A stretch of 64,000 nucleotides of DNA, taken from the NCBI RefSeq assembly GCF_022846255.1, contig NZ_AP025682.1; one strand, given 5' to 3'. Shown one piece after another: positions 55,840 through 64,000 of this stretch (position 1 is its first letter; the number at the start of each line of letters is the position of its first letter). A program made the translations under genes and the position numbers. The stretch is from Escherichia coli (GTDB lineage Bacteria > Pseudomonadota > Gammaproteobacteria > Enterobacterales > Enterobacteriaceae). Below the pieces are notes generated by a model that was given only the letters and a program-made list of their open reading frames with translations, was not told where the DNA came from and did no database searches.

Positions 55840-56021
55840 ATCTCCTCCAGGTAAGTCGGGTACGACCTGGCTTACCTCTTTCGCTCTCGTCAAAATTCCA
55901 TCAAGATTAATTGCTAAAAAGCGTGCTAAAGAAAGAAGATCGTTATCGGCGAACGGGCCGATCACTCATGCAGGAAGCATAGATCCTTTGAGCGGAGTTT
56001 CTGATATCTGAGGAGTGCGAA

Positions 56022-56783
56022 ATGCAATTGAGCAGCAGTGAACCTTGCGTGGTGATCCTGACCGAAAAAGAGGTAGAGGTAAGCGTCAATAACCATGCTA
56101 CGTTTACCCTTCCGAAAAACTACCTGGCCGCCTTCGCGTGCAACAATAACGTCATTGAACTCTCAACGTTAAATCACGTATTAATCACCCACATCAACCG
56201 TAACATCATCAACGATTATCTGTTGTTTTTAAATAAGAACTTAACCTGTATAAAGCCCTGGTCGCGGCTGGCAACTCCGGTTATCGCTTGTCATAGCCGT
56301 ACACCGGAAGTGTTCCGGCTAGCCGCCAACCACAGCAAGCAGCAACCCAGCAAACCCTGCGAAGCGGAGTTGACGCGCGCATTGCTTTTTACCGTATTGT
56401 CTAACTTTCTTGAGCAATCGCGGTTTATTGCCCTACTGATGTATATCTTACGCAGCAGCGTCCGCGACAGCGTCTGCCGCATTATTCAAAGCGATATTCA
56501 GCATTACTGGAATCTGCGAATTGTCGCCAGTTCGCTATGTTTAAGCCCCAGCCTGCTCAAAAAGAAATTAAAAAACGAAAATACCAGCTATAGCCAGATT
56601 GTCACAGAGTGTCGTATGCGTTACGCCGTACAGATGTTATTGATGGATAACAAAAATATCACTCAGGTGGCGCAATTATGTGGCTATAGCAGCACGTCGT
56701 ACTTTATCTCTGTTTTTAAGGCGTTTTACGGCCTGACACCGTTGAATTATCTCGCCAAACAGCGACAAAAAGTGATGTGGTGA
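56022..56783 (+). CDS. envY: AraC-family transcriptional regulator (envelope porin regulator EnvY)
   Basis: 253 aa; C-terminal AraC HTH (NITQVAQLCGYSSTSYFISVFKAFYGLTPLNYL); position next to ybcH as in K-12. Confidence 0.8.
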   Translation: MQLSSSEPCVVILTEKEVEVSVNNHATFTLPKNYLAAFACNNNVIELSTLNHVLITHINRNIINDYLLFLNKNLTCIKPWSRLATPVIACHSRTPEVFRLAANHSKQQPSKPCEAELTRALLFTVLSNFLEQSRFIALLMYILRSSVRDSVCRIIQSDIQHYWNLRIVASSLCLSPSLLKKKLKNENTSYSQIVTECRMRYAVQMLLMDNKNITQVAQLCGYSSTSYFISVFKAFYGLTPLNYLAKQRQKVMW

Positions 56784-56827
56784 AGAGCAAAGCGGAACGG
56801 ATAAGACGGGATTAAATGAAGAAGAAA

Positions 56828-56904
56828 TGGCGCGCCCTGCAGGATTCGAACCTGCGGCCCACGACTTAGAAGGTCGTTGCTCTATCCAACTGAGCTAAGG
56901 GCGC
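56828..56904 (-). tRNA. argU: tRNA-Arg (UCU), argU
   Basis: The reverse complement reads GCGCCCTTAGCTCAGTTGGATAGAGCAACGACCTTCTAAGTCGTGGGCCGCAGGTTCGAATCCTGCAGGGCGCGCCA: cloverleaf with TCT anticodon and CCA end. Confidence 0.95.
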
Positions 56905-57145
56905 GTTGATACCGCAATGCGGTGTAATCGCGTGAATTATACGGTCAACCCTTGCTGAGTCAATGGCTTTTGATCTGGTTGCTGAACAAGTGAACGACCG
57001 CGTCTGATTTTCTGATTTATTTCGTTATAGCGGCAAACAAACGCACACCGCTGCGCGTCTGAATCAAGAAAACCCGTATTTTCATGTATCAAGTACAATT
57101 TACCGCCCTAACGGAAAATTGTCCGATCCAATGAGACTGGTAACT

Positions 57146-57778
57146 ATGAAACCAACGTCGGTGATCATTATGGATACTCATCCTATCATCAGAATGTCTA
57201 TTGAAGTTCTGTTGCAAAAAAACAGTGAATTGCAGATTGTCCTGAAAACGGATGATTACCGCATAACCATCGATTATCTCCGAACCCGTCCTGTTGATTT
57301 AATCATTATGGATATAGACTTGCCCGGTACAGACGGTTTTACCTTCCTGAAAAGGATCAAACAAATTCAGAGTACAGTGAAAGTATTATTTTTATCATCG
57401 AAATCAGAATGCTTTTATGCTGGCAGAGCGATACAAGCTGGTGCTAACGGTTTTGTCAGTAAATGCAATGATCAGAATGATATTTTTCATGCCGTTCAGA
57501 TGATCCTCTCCGGATACACTTTTTTTCCCAGCGAAACGCTCAACTATATAAAAAGCAATAAATGTAGTATGAATAGTTCAACGGTCACTGTGCTATCTAA
57601 TCGTGAAGTAACCATATTACGTTATCTGGTTAGCGGATTATCTAATAAAGAAATTGCCGATAAGTTATTACTTAGCAATAAAACAGTTAGTGCACATAAA
57701 TCTAATATTTATGGCAAGCTAGGTTTGCATTCAATTGTAGAGCTTATCGACTACGCCAAATTATATGAATTAATATAA
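57146..57778 (+). CDS. fimZ: LuxR/FixJ-family response regulator controlling fimbrial expression
   Basis: MKPTSVIIMDTHPIIRMSIEVLLQKNSELQIVLKTDDYRITIDYLRTRPVDLIIMDIDLPGTDGF...; C-terminal LuxR HTH; start trimmed to give 210 aa. Confidence 0.92.
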   Translation: MKPTSVIIMDTHPIIRMSIEVLLQKNSELQIVLKTDDYRITIDYLRTRPVDLIIMDIDLPGTDGFTFLKRIKQIQSTVKVLFLSSKSECFYAGRAIQAGANGFVSKCNDQNDIFHAVQMILSGYTFFPSETLNYIKSNKCSMNSSTVTVLSNREVTILRYLVSGLSNKEIADKLLLSNKTVSAHKSNIYGKLGLHSIVELIDYAKLYELI

Positions 57779-57780
57779 TA

Positions 57781-58296
57781 TTAATTATAATTGATCATAA
57801 ATATCGCATCCGCTTTCGCCACACCAGGCTGAACACCGCTGGCTAACGCTCGATAATTGGCAAAAAAGTTTAGTGTGACATTGCCATTTGCATCAACTTC
57901 CTCAGTCGAGCTCGCCTCCCCCAGTGCGAGCCGGGAGCGATCGCTATTACGTAATTCGATGGCGACGGTTTGTGCCATTGCGGGATCATCCAGAGCCAGC
58001 AGGTTGGCATCAGATGCCGGCGTTCCCGTAAATAAAATCGCAACTGAACCCGGAGGACATCCCTCCAGCCGCAGGCTAAAAGGGACGAGTGCCGTGGTAT
58101 CGCCAGCGCTCAGTAATTGTGTCGTAGGCCATCTGCCTAAATCTACCGTCTTATCCTTATCCGCTGTGTTTACGGTACAGGAGAAATCAACAACGTTACC
58201 GTGCAAATTGATATTAATCGTTCCTAAAGGGTCAACTGCCCATCCACTGGAACTCCACAGTAGCCCGCAGAAACAGCTAAAGAGTACTCTTCTCAT
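57781..58296 (-). CDS. sfmF: Fimbrial minor subunit (FimF-like)
   Basis: MRRVLFSCFCGLLWSSSGWAVDPLGTININLHGNVVDFSCTVNTADKDKTVDLG...; fimbrial subunit fold; start trimmed from the track ORF. Confidence 0.88.
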   Translation of the reverse strand: MRRVLFSCFCGLLWSSSGWAVDPLGTININLHGNVVDFSCTVNTADKDKTVDLGRWPTTQLLSAGDTTALVPFSLRLEGCPPGSVAILFTGTPASDANLLALDDPAMAQTVAIELRNSDRSRLALGEASSTEEVDANGNVTLNFFANYRALASGVQPGVAKADAIFMINYN

Positions 58297-58306
58297 TCTC
58301 CGTACC

Positions 58307-59314
58307 TCATTGATAATCGACGCGTAAATACCCCAGCGCGCTAAACGGCCCTTCGGTCGGTTTTTGACCGGTAATACTGATAGGCCAGGCGCGAAGTGTG
58401 ACATTGGCTGCCGCAGCTGCATCCAGACGGAAAGGAATAACGCTATTGAGATCATTAGGCGTGATCGGCGTATCGTTCTGATCGGCCACAATAAAACCTA
58501 AATCCTGATTGTCCGACACCATCGCCTGACCAGAAACGGCGCTGGCTTCCAGACGCATTGTTAAATAAGCCTGCGCAGCAACATTCGTACATTTGATCGC
58601 AATGCTCTTGGTTTGCGGCATGACACCAGCTGGTCGATTCCCCGGCCCTGCCGCACTAAATAACGATGCGCCGATATCACCAAAATCAAATTCAACAATT
58701 TGCCCGGCATTTAATTCGCAGTTTTGCGGTACTTCAACCCGGCCACCAAAACTAATGGTATAAACAGGTGTAACCAACGGATCGTTAGGCGTTGATGTCA
58801 CATACACGGTAAACATCACCTGTCTGGGGATCTCCACCATGTTAATAAAGGGACGAATAACCTTTAAACGAAATATCAAATGAGAATCCATCACCCCGAA
58901 CGGAAGGTTTTGCGAAACGTTAGGATCTGTTCCCATACGAATATAATTTTGCGGAGGGAATTGAATATCCATCACGCTATCAACCAGACTCATCGCACCT
59001 AATAGATAATCATTTAATTGCATATATTTATAATTATCGATAGTTTCCTGAACAATAAAGTTGGTGACATAACTACGGTATGTATAATTCACCAGCGTGC
59101 CGGGTGGACAAATTGCTGATACACCTACCCAGCCGGATTTTTCCGGTAAAACAACAATCTGCCCTGGCTGGTTATTGGGGCTATTAAAGACATTTGAGAG
59201 ATCATAGTGTTCATCTTCTGCTACGCCAGTACTATTTGCACAAACAGTAGCCCAGGATATGTTTGTTAACCACAAACATGCCATCGCCAATAATAATCTG
59301 CAGATTATCTTCAT
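58307..59314 (-). CDS. sfmH: Fimbrial tip adhesin-like subunit (FimH-like)
   Basis: ~327-335 aa with signal peptide and two-domain adhesin/pilin organisation; exact start uncertain. Confidence 0.88.
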   Translation of the reverse strand: MKIICRLLLAMACLWLTNISWATVCANSTGVAEDEHYDLSNVFNSPNNQPGQIVVLPEKSGWVGVSAICPPGTLVNYTYRSYVTNFIVQETIDNYKYMQLNDYLLGAMSLVDSVMDIQFPPQNYIRMGTDPNVSQNLPFGVMDSHLIFRLKVIRPFINMVEIPRQVMFTVYVTSTPNDPLVTPVYTISFGGRVEVPQNCELNAGQIVEFDFGDIGASLFSAAGPGNRPAGVMPQTKSIAIKCTNVAAQAYLTMRLEASAVSGQAMVSDNQDLGFIVADQNDTPITPNDLNSVIPFRLDAAAAANVTLRAWPISITGQKPTEGPFSALGYLRVDYQ

Positions 59315-59326
59315 TGATAATTTCCT

Positions 59327-61936
59327 TTATGAGCCAGGATGTGTGCAAACTGCCGAAATAACAGTGACGGCTTGCTGTAAGCTTTGCTTCGGCAATACAT
59401 AGTGCGCAATGCAGCGTGAGTTCGCGCCGTCTCCCCACTGAACCAGTAATTCACCAGACAATGGCGCACCGCTTAAATAAACTTGCCCGTCATCACCCAC
59501 CATACTGGTTATTCCGGTACTGTTTTCCCGTACCAGTGATCCAAACGGCACCGGTTTTCCGCCCTGGGTAACGGTAATGAGCGCCCGCACGCCTATGCGG
59601 GTATCAAAATTGGCACGAACCAACGCGCCTTGCGTCGGCACAACGCTGCTAATATTTTTTTCAACATCGATGGAATTCCCCATCGTATTGGTATCAAGCG
59701 CGATACGGTTATACCGATAAACCGTGGCATACGGCATCACCGCATAGCCGCGCCAATCGGTTATAATTCCAGTTTGATTTTCAATGCGTACACCGCCTGC
59801 GCCTGGCGCTTTAATCAAAACATTGGTATCCCCTAAAGGCTGGCTCAGCGTTATACCATTTTCATGCCCGACCACACCGCCAGACAGCTGCCAGTTAACG
59901 TCATGTTGATCGCGGTCGTAGTTATACCCGACCCCCAGCGTACCGTAAGCGGCCTGCCAGTTTGCCGTGGCGCTGCCCGTATACCCATTATTCGAGGTAT
60001 CGCCCTGGCTTACGTGATAACTCAGGTTGTGGCCTTCCAGTAAGGTCCCACCAACGCCTGCCAGCCAGCTATTTTGCCCGTTGCTGTTACGGTTGGCGTT
60101 AAAGGAGGCATAAGCGCGGTCGAGCGCATTTTCCCGGGTGTAGCGACGTTTGGTCAGAACATTGAAAGGCACTGAAACATTAAGTCCGACAATACGTTCG
60201 TTATCGGGGATCCCTACAGATTCATTCCACGAAAATGAGAGTGAATAACTGATGTCAACCCAGCTGCTGGTATACCCCACCTGATACCAGGTATCTGAAT
60301 CCGAAGTATTCCAGTATTTTTGATGGGTACCAGAAATATAAAGCGAGCCAAAGTCATTAAGTGATTGTGAAATATTTAACTGCAAACGGTCTTTACGACT
60401 AAAGCGTAAATTGTGGTAATTCACGATTATCGGTTCATCGCGATGCTCACCGTCATAATCGTAATCATATTCGTACCCCTCCATTCGACGATACGCAACA
60501 TCATCAAGGGTATAAAAACCTTGTGTCGAATAGCGGTAACCCATTAACTGAAAATTGGTGCCGAAAGTGTTCATTGATTTCGCATAGAGGAAGCGAATGG
60601 AATCCCCCTCATGACGACTGTCGTCGGCTAACTGACTGCGCGCATGCGTTACATCCAGCGACACTGCGCCCCAGTTCCCGAGGTTGCGCCCCAGCCCTAA
60701 CAAAAAGGCGGTGTAATTTGCAGATAATTGCGTCCCGCCGTAGGCAGTAAATTCCTGTGGTAAACCGCCGAGTGCCGTGCCCTGAAAAAAGAAAGGCGAC
60801 GATTGCTGACTATTACCGCTACGAAAATCGCCCGCCGTCAGCTCAAATTTGAAACGCCCTTCGCGTTGTAAAATTGGCACTGTTGAATACGGAATCGTGT
60901 AATTCTGCTGATTACCATCACGCTCGTCGATGGTGACGTCCAGATCGCCATTTGAAGATGTCGGGTGCAAATCTGTAATTTCAAAAGCGCCGGGGGAAAC
61001 ATAGCTTTGATAGATAATAAAACCATTTTGCCGAATCGTTAGCTGGGCCGCCGTACGGGCAATCCCACGTACCGTTGGAGCAAATCCCTGCTGGCTATCA
61101 GGATACATATTATCGGAAGAATAAAGCCGTACACCTCGAAATCCAACGCCATCGAAAATATCACTCCCTGTATTACCGTCTCCCATTACCAGTTCACTTT
61201 TCAGCGGAATAATGGCGCGCTGTACCCAGGTGCCAATATTATTCCACTGTTCTGAATGATATCCATTTCCGCGAAAATAGTTCCAGGAACCATTGTTGCG
61301 TAAACGCCACGGGCCAATATTAATCCCGCTGAGTTCACTAAAAAAATAGCTATCGTTACCATTACCTCTGTTACCGGTGAAATTATAATTCAGGAGTAAA
61401 GCAGGAATACCTTCATCCCACTCTTCAGGCGGAATATAACCGTGAGCGCTACTCAACAACGCTATCTGAGGAATAGTGATGTTCAGGCGCATCGCTGCAA
61501 AATCAAAGTTAATTGTGGCATCAGGTACAGCTTTCAGTAAATTGATGCATTTATTATTTTGCTGCTGGGCTAACTCGGGGAATGCACTGCTATTAAGGCC
61601 AATTCGTTCAAGGAGTGCCTGGTTAAAACAAGGCATTAACCCACCTGATTTATCACCTGTATTTACTGTCGTCGATTCAAATACGATATCCTGTGAACCA
61701 ATGAACTCATCATTACGCCAGAGATCCACCCGATACACACCCGCAGGTTGATGATTACCTCTCTCAAAGCGCGATAAATCAGCAACGGATGTGCCATTCT
61801 CTAATAAAAATGCCGGGTTGAAATAACTTTCCGCATAGCTTAAAAAGGAGGGTAAAATGGCAAGAGATGAATAACAAATTCCGGCCAGACACCAAGTATA
61901 CCTCTGCGGAATATCCGTAGTAGTGGGTATTTTCAT
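59327..61936 (-). CDS. sfmD: Outer-membrane fimbrial usher
   Basis: 869 aa usher family (PapC/FimD-like). Confidence 0.93.
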   Translation of the reverse strand: MKIPTTTDIPQRYTWCLAGICYSSLAILPSFLSYAESYFNPAFLLENGTSVADLSRFERGNHQPAGVYRVDLWRNDEFIGSQDIVFESTTVNTGDKSGGLMPCFNQALLERIGLNSSAFPELAQQQNNKCINLLKAVPDATINFDFAAMRLNITIPQIALLSSAHGYIPPEEWDEGIPALLLNYNFTGNRGNGNDSYFFSELSGINIGPWRLRNNGSWNYFRGNGYHSEQWNNIGTWVQRAIIPLKSELVMGDGNTGSDIFDGVGFRGVRLYSSDNMYPDSQQGFAPTVRGIARTAAQLTIRQNGFIIYQSYVSPGAFEITDLHPTSSNGDLDVTIDERDGNQQNYTIPYSTVPILQREGRFKFELTAGDFRSGNSQQSSPFFFQGTALGGLPQEFTAYGGTQLSANYTAFLLGLGRNLGNWGAVSLDVTHARSQLADDSRHEGDSIRFLYAKSMNTFGTNFQLMGYRYSTQGFYTLDDVAYRRMEGYEYDYDYDGEHRDEPIIVNYHNLRFSRKDRLQLNISQSLNDFGSLYISGTHQKYWNTSDSDTWYQVGYTSSWVDISYSLSFSWNESVGIPDNERIVGLNVSVPFNVLTKRRYTRENALDRAYASFNANRNSNGQNSWLAGVGGTLLEGHNLSYHVSQGDTSNNGYTGSATANWQAAYGTLGVGYNYDRDQHDVNWQLSGGVVGHENGITLSQPLGDTNVLIKAPGAGGVRIENQTGIITDWRGYAVMPYATVYRYNRIALDTNTMGNSIDVEKNISSVVPTQGALVRANFDTRIGVRALITVTQGGKPVPFGSLVRENSTGITSMVGDDGQVYLSGAPLSGELLVQWGDGANSRCIAHYVLPKQSLQQAVTVISAVCTHPGS

Positions 61937-61966
61937 AATTAGCTCTGATATTGTCAGATGATTCGG

Positions 61967-62659
61967 TTAGTTTAAGTTCACTTCTCTGACCGGGGTTACT
62001 GAACCATAATCATTAACGGTCTGAAATTTCAGCTTTCCCTGCACTCCTGAGGGTAAGGGAATTTGTGAATTAACTCTGGGTGCAGCCATAGCATTCCCCA
62101 GTTTTTGGCTGCCCACTTGCAAGTTAACCAGGGTGACATAAAAAGGTGATGGATTATGAACATTGATATAGTTACCGGATCGCGAAAACTTGAGTGTGTC
62201 CGGCGCTTCTGCGGGTAATTCTTGTAATTGAATTGGACGGAGAAATAATTTCATGCGCGATAAAATCGCCAGTTGCAAAACATTCCTGCCGTTCAATGCA
62301 TTTTTATCTACCGAAGGGATCGTCTTAACATTCATCCAGAACAGAGACTCACGATCTGCCGCCAGCGGTGGACCGGTGTAAATAATACGCAAAGTATTTT
62401 CGCTTTTGGGTTCACTAACAAACAGTGGCGGTGTAATGATGAATGACTTTTCTTTTACACCGCTGCTGTTTTCAATCCACGAATTGACCAGAAAGCGCTC
62501 ATTGGTATGGCTATTTCTAATCCATACCGCAGTCTGTTTAGCATCAGCGGGATAAATAATACGCGTGGCACCTAATGCGATCCCTCCGGCAGCATGGGCG
62601 CTGGCCGAAATGATTAAATAAAATATAATGAGCATCAATAACTTTATTTTAGTCATCAT
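61967..62659 (-). CDS. sfmC: Periplasmic fimbrial chaperone (PapD/FimC-like)
   Basis: 230 aa, [65 protein letters not shown]... Confidence 0.93.
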   Translation of the reverse strand: MMTKIKLLMLIIFYLIISASAHAAGGIALGATRIIYPADAKQTAVWIRNSHTNERFLVNSWIENSSGVKEKSFIITPPLFVSEPKSENTLRIIYTGPPLAADRESLFWMNVKTIPSVDKNALNGRNVLQLAILSRMKLFLRPIQLQELPAEAPDTLKFSRSGNYINVHNPSPFYVTLVNLQVGSQKLGNAMAAPRVNSQIPLPSGVQGKLKFQTVNDYGSVTPVREVNLN

Positions 62660-62878
62660 AGTTAATACGCCTTGTGTATTCCTGACGGCAAAAATAAGGA
62701 GTATAAAGAAATGATTGCTTTGGTTTCTTACAACACATCATTCCCTTTTCATTTAATAAAGCGGCATGATACAAAGTGAGCGTGATTTCGATTTACATTG
62801 CCACCATACCGCTTCAGACAACCGGTACATTACTTTGTTATAAGACGTGATATATAATTCAAAACAACGTGGTTTTGA

Positions 62879-63421
62879 TTATTCGTATCTCATAATAAAA
62901 GTCGCGTCAGCATTTGCTTGCCCTGCTGATGCACTTGTACCGGTACCTTTATAACGTGCAGAAAAATGAAGAACGTTGGTCCCGGGGATCAAGTTCTGGT
63001 TGGTTGAGAAGCTATTCCCATCAGGTTTGAGAATTGCGGATGTATTATCAAGTATTTCAATACCGACACCCGTTGCTGTTGTTGTATTAGTACTGGATGC
63101 AATGGCCAATAAATTATCATTGATTGCATCCGCCTGACCAGAAAATGCAACGGCAGCATTAGCGGCAACGACAGGATCGCAGTCGTTCAACTGTATAGTG
63201 AATGGAATTAATGCAGAGGTATTACCAACAGCATTGAAAATATCGGTACGATATTGACCGAGTGTGACAACCTGGTCTGCCGAGTCAGTATTCACTGAAC
63301 AGGCAGCATTCACCAGTTCGCCTTCAAAGTGAATTGTACCGCCATCTACAACGGCAGCATAACTACCCGTAGCGGCGAATAGTGCGGCAGCCAGCGCAGA
63401 CGAAATAAATCTTAATTTCAT
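62879..63421 (-). CDS. sfmA: Type 1-like fimbrial major subunit
   Basis: [57 protein letters not shown]...; start trimmed to give 180 aa. Confidence 0.9.
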   Translation of the reverse strand: MKLRFISSALAAALFAATGSYAAVVDGGTIHFEGELVNAACSVNTDSADQVVTLGQYRTDIFNAVGNTSALIPFTIQLNDCDPVVAANAAVAFSGQADAINDNLLAIASSTNTTTATGVGIEILDNTSAILKPDGNSFSTNQNLIPGTNVLHFSARYKGTGTSASAGQANADATFIMRYE

Positions 63422-63892
63422 ATATATTCCTTCAATCTCATTTATCGACTCCACATCCGTATATAACCGATTACTTTATTTAAGACACTGATAGTAGTAA
63501 AATTCCTTTTTATCCTCTAAGAATGTCTTAATTGAAAATATGCACTCTATTCTAAAAAATAGAGAGCCTCGTTAGATGAATATTTCCGCGCAAAATATAT
63601 TCAACACAAATATAGACCTGAAGCGGTAAATTACCAGGCTGAAAATTCTTTTTATATTGTCAGGTATTTCTTAAATTATCTTAATCCTTAGACAAGGAAA
63701 TAAATCAGTTCCAGATTTACAACGTCATCATGGACGAAAAATGAAGCTTTCAATCTCAGCGACGGTGCGCCTCACCTTCGCAAGAGGTCGCTTCACGCGA
63801 TAAATCTGAAACGAAACCTGACAGCGCGCCCCGCTTCTGACAAAATAGGCGCATCCCCTTCGACCTACGTAACAGATGGAATCCTCTCTCTG

Positions 63893-64000
63893 ATGGCAGC
63901 AAAGATTATTGACGGTAAAACGATTGCGCAGCAGGTGCGCTCTGAAGTTGCTCAAAAAGTTCAGGCGCGTATTGCAGCCGGACTGCGGGCACCAGGACTG
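63893..64000 (+). CDS. folD: 5' portion of bifunctional methylenetetrahydrofolate dehydrogenase/cyclohydrolase; continues beyond the window
   Basis: ATG at 63893 followed by [36 protein letters not shown]; K-12 synteny next to sfmA. Confidence 0.85.

Noticed and set aside
56784-57145. Integrase or prophage genes next to argU
   Set aside because: The flanks contain only envY on one side and fimZ on the other, both at their K-12-like positions; no integrase-like ORF appears in the six-frame track.

Overview
This window reads as an Escherichia coli chromosomal segment, in reverse orientation relative to the K-12 map, and I recognise almost all of it as well-characterised core genes. I do not see a convincing previously undescribed system; the most interesting content is an ~11 kb accessory carbohydrate-utilisation island and a few structural oddities around it. 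All gene identifications rest on reading the supplied translations against remembered protein families and gene order; no database search was run.

Gene order (strand in brackets): ybdH 3' end (+), ybdD (-), cstA (-), entH-entA-entB-entE-entC (-), fepB (+), entS (-), fepD-fepG-fepC (+), fepE (-), entF-ybdZ-fes (-), fepA (+), entD (+), accessory island, two tandem hokE/mokE copies (-), ybdK-ybdJ-ybdF-nfsB-ybdG (+), pheP (-), cusA-cusB-cusF-cusC (-), cusR-cusS (+), nfrB-nfrA-ybcH (+), envY (+), tRNA-Arg argU (-), fimZ (+), sfmF-sfmH-sfmD-sfmC-sfmA (-), folD 5' end (+).

The accessory island (about 23429-34377) sits between entD and hokE, where K-12 carries IS186. It encodes a split transketolase, a SorC-family regulator, an FGGY sugar kinase, a sugar ABC transporter with an embedded DUF2291 lipoprotein, and two SDR dehydrogenases. 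Every component looks metabolic, most plausibly a polyol or ketose catabolic locus. The same 12-bp palindrome GAATATATATTC occurs in both promoter regions flanking the regulator gene and is a candidate operator.

Other points worth a second look: the hokE toxin locus is present as two ~500-bp tandem copies; argU lies directly beside envY with no DLP12 prophage, ompT or appY between them; and entD has a C-terminus that differs from the K-12 allele as I remember it. Recognisable Fur boxes sit in the enterobactin promoters and a CusR box in the cusC-cusR intergenic region. Several ORFs in the supplied track carry N-terminal extensions that I trimmed to the start matching the known protein length.
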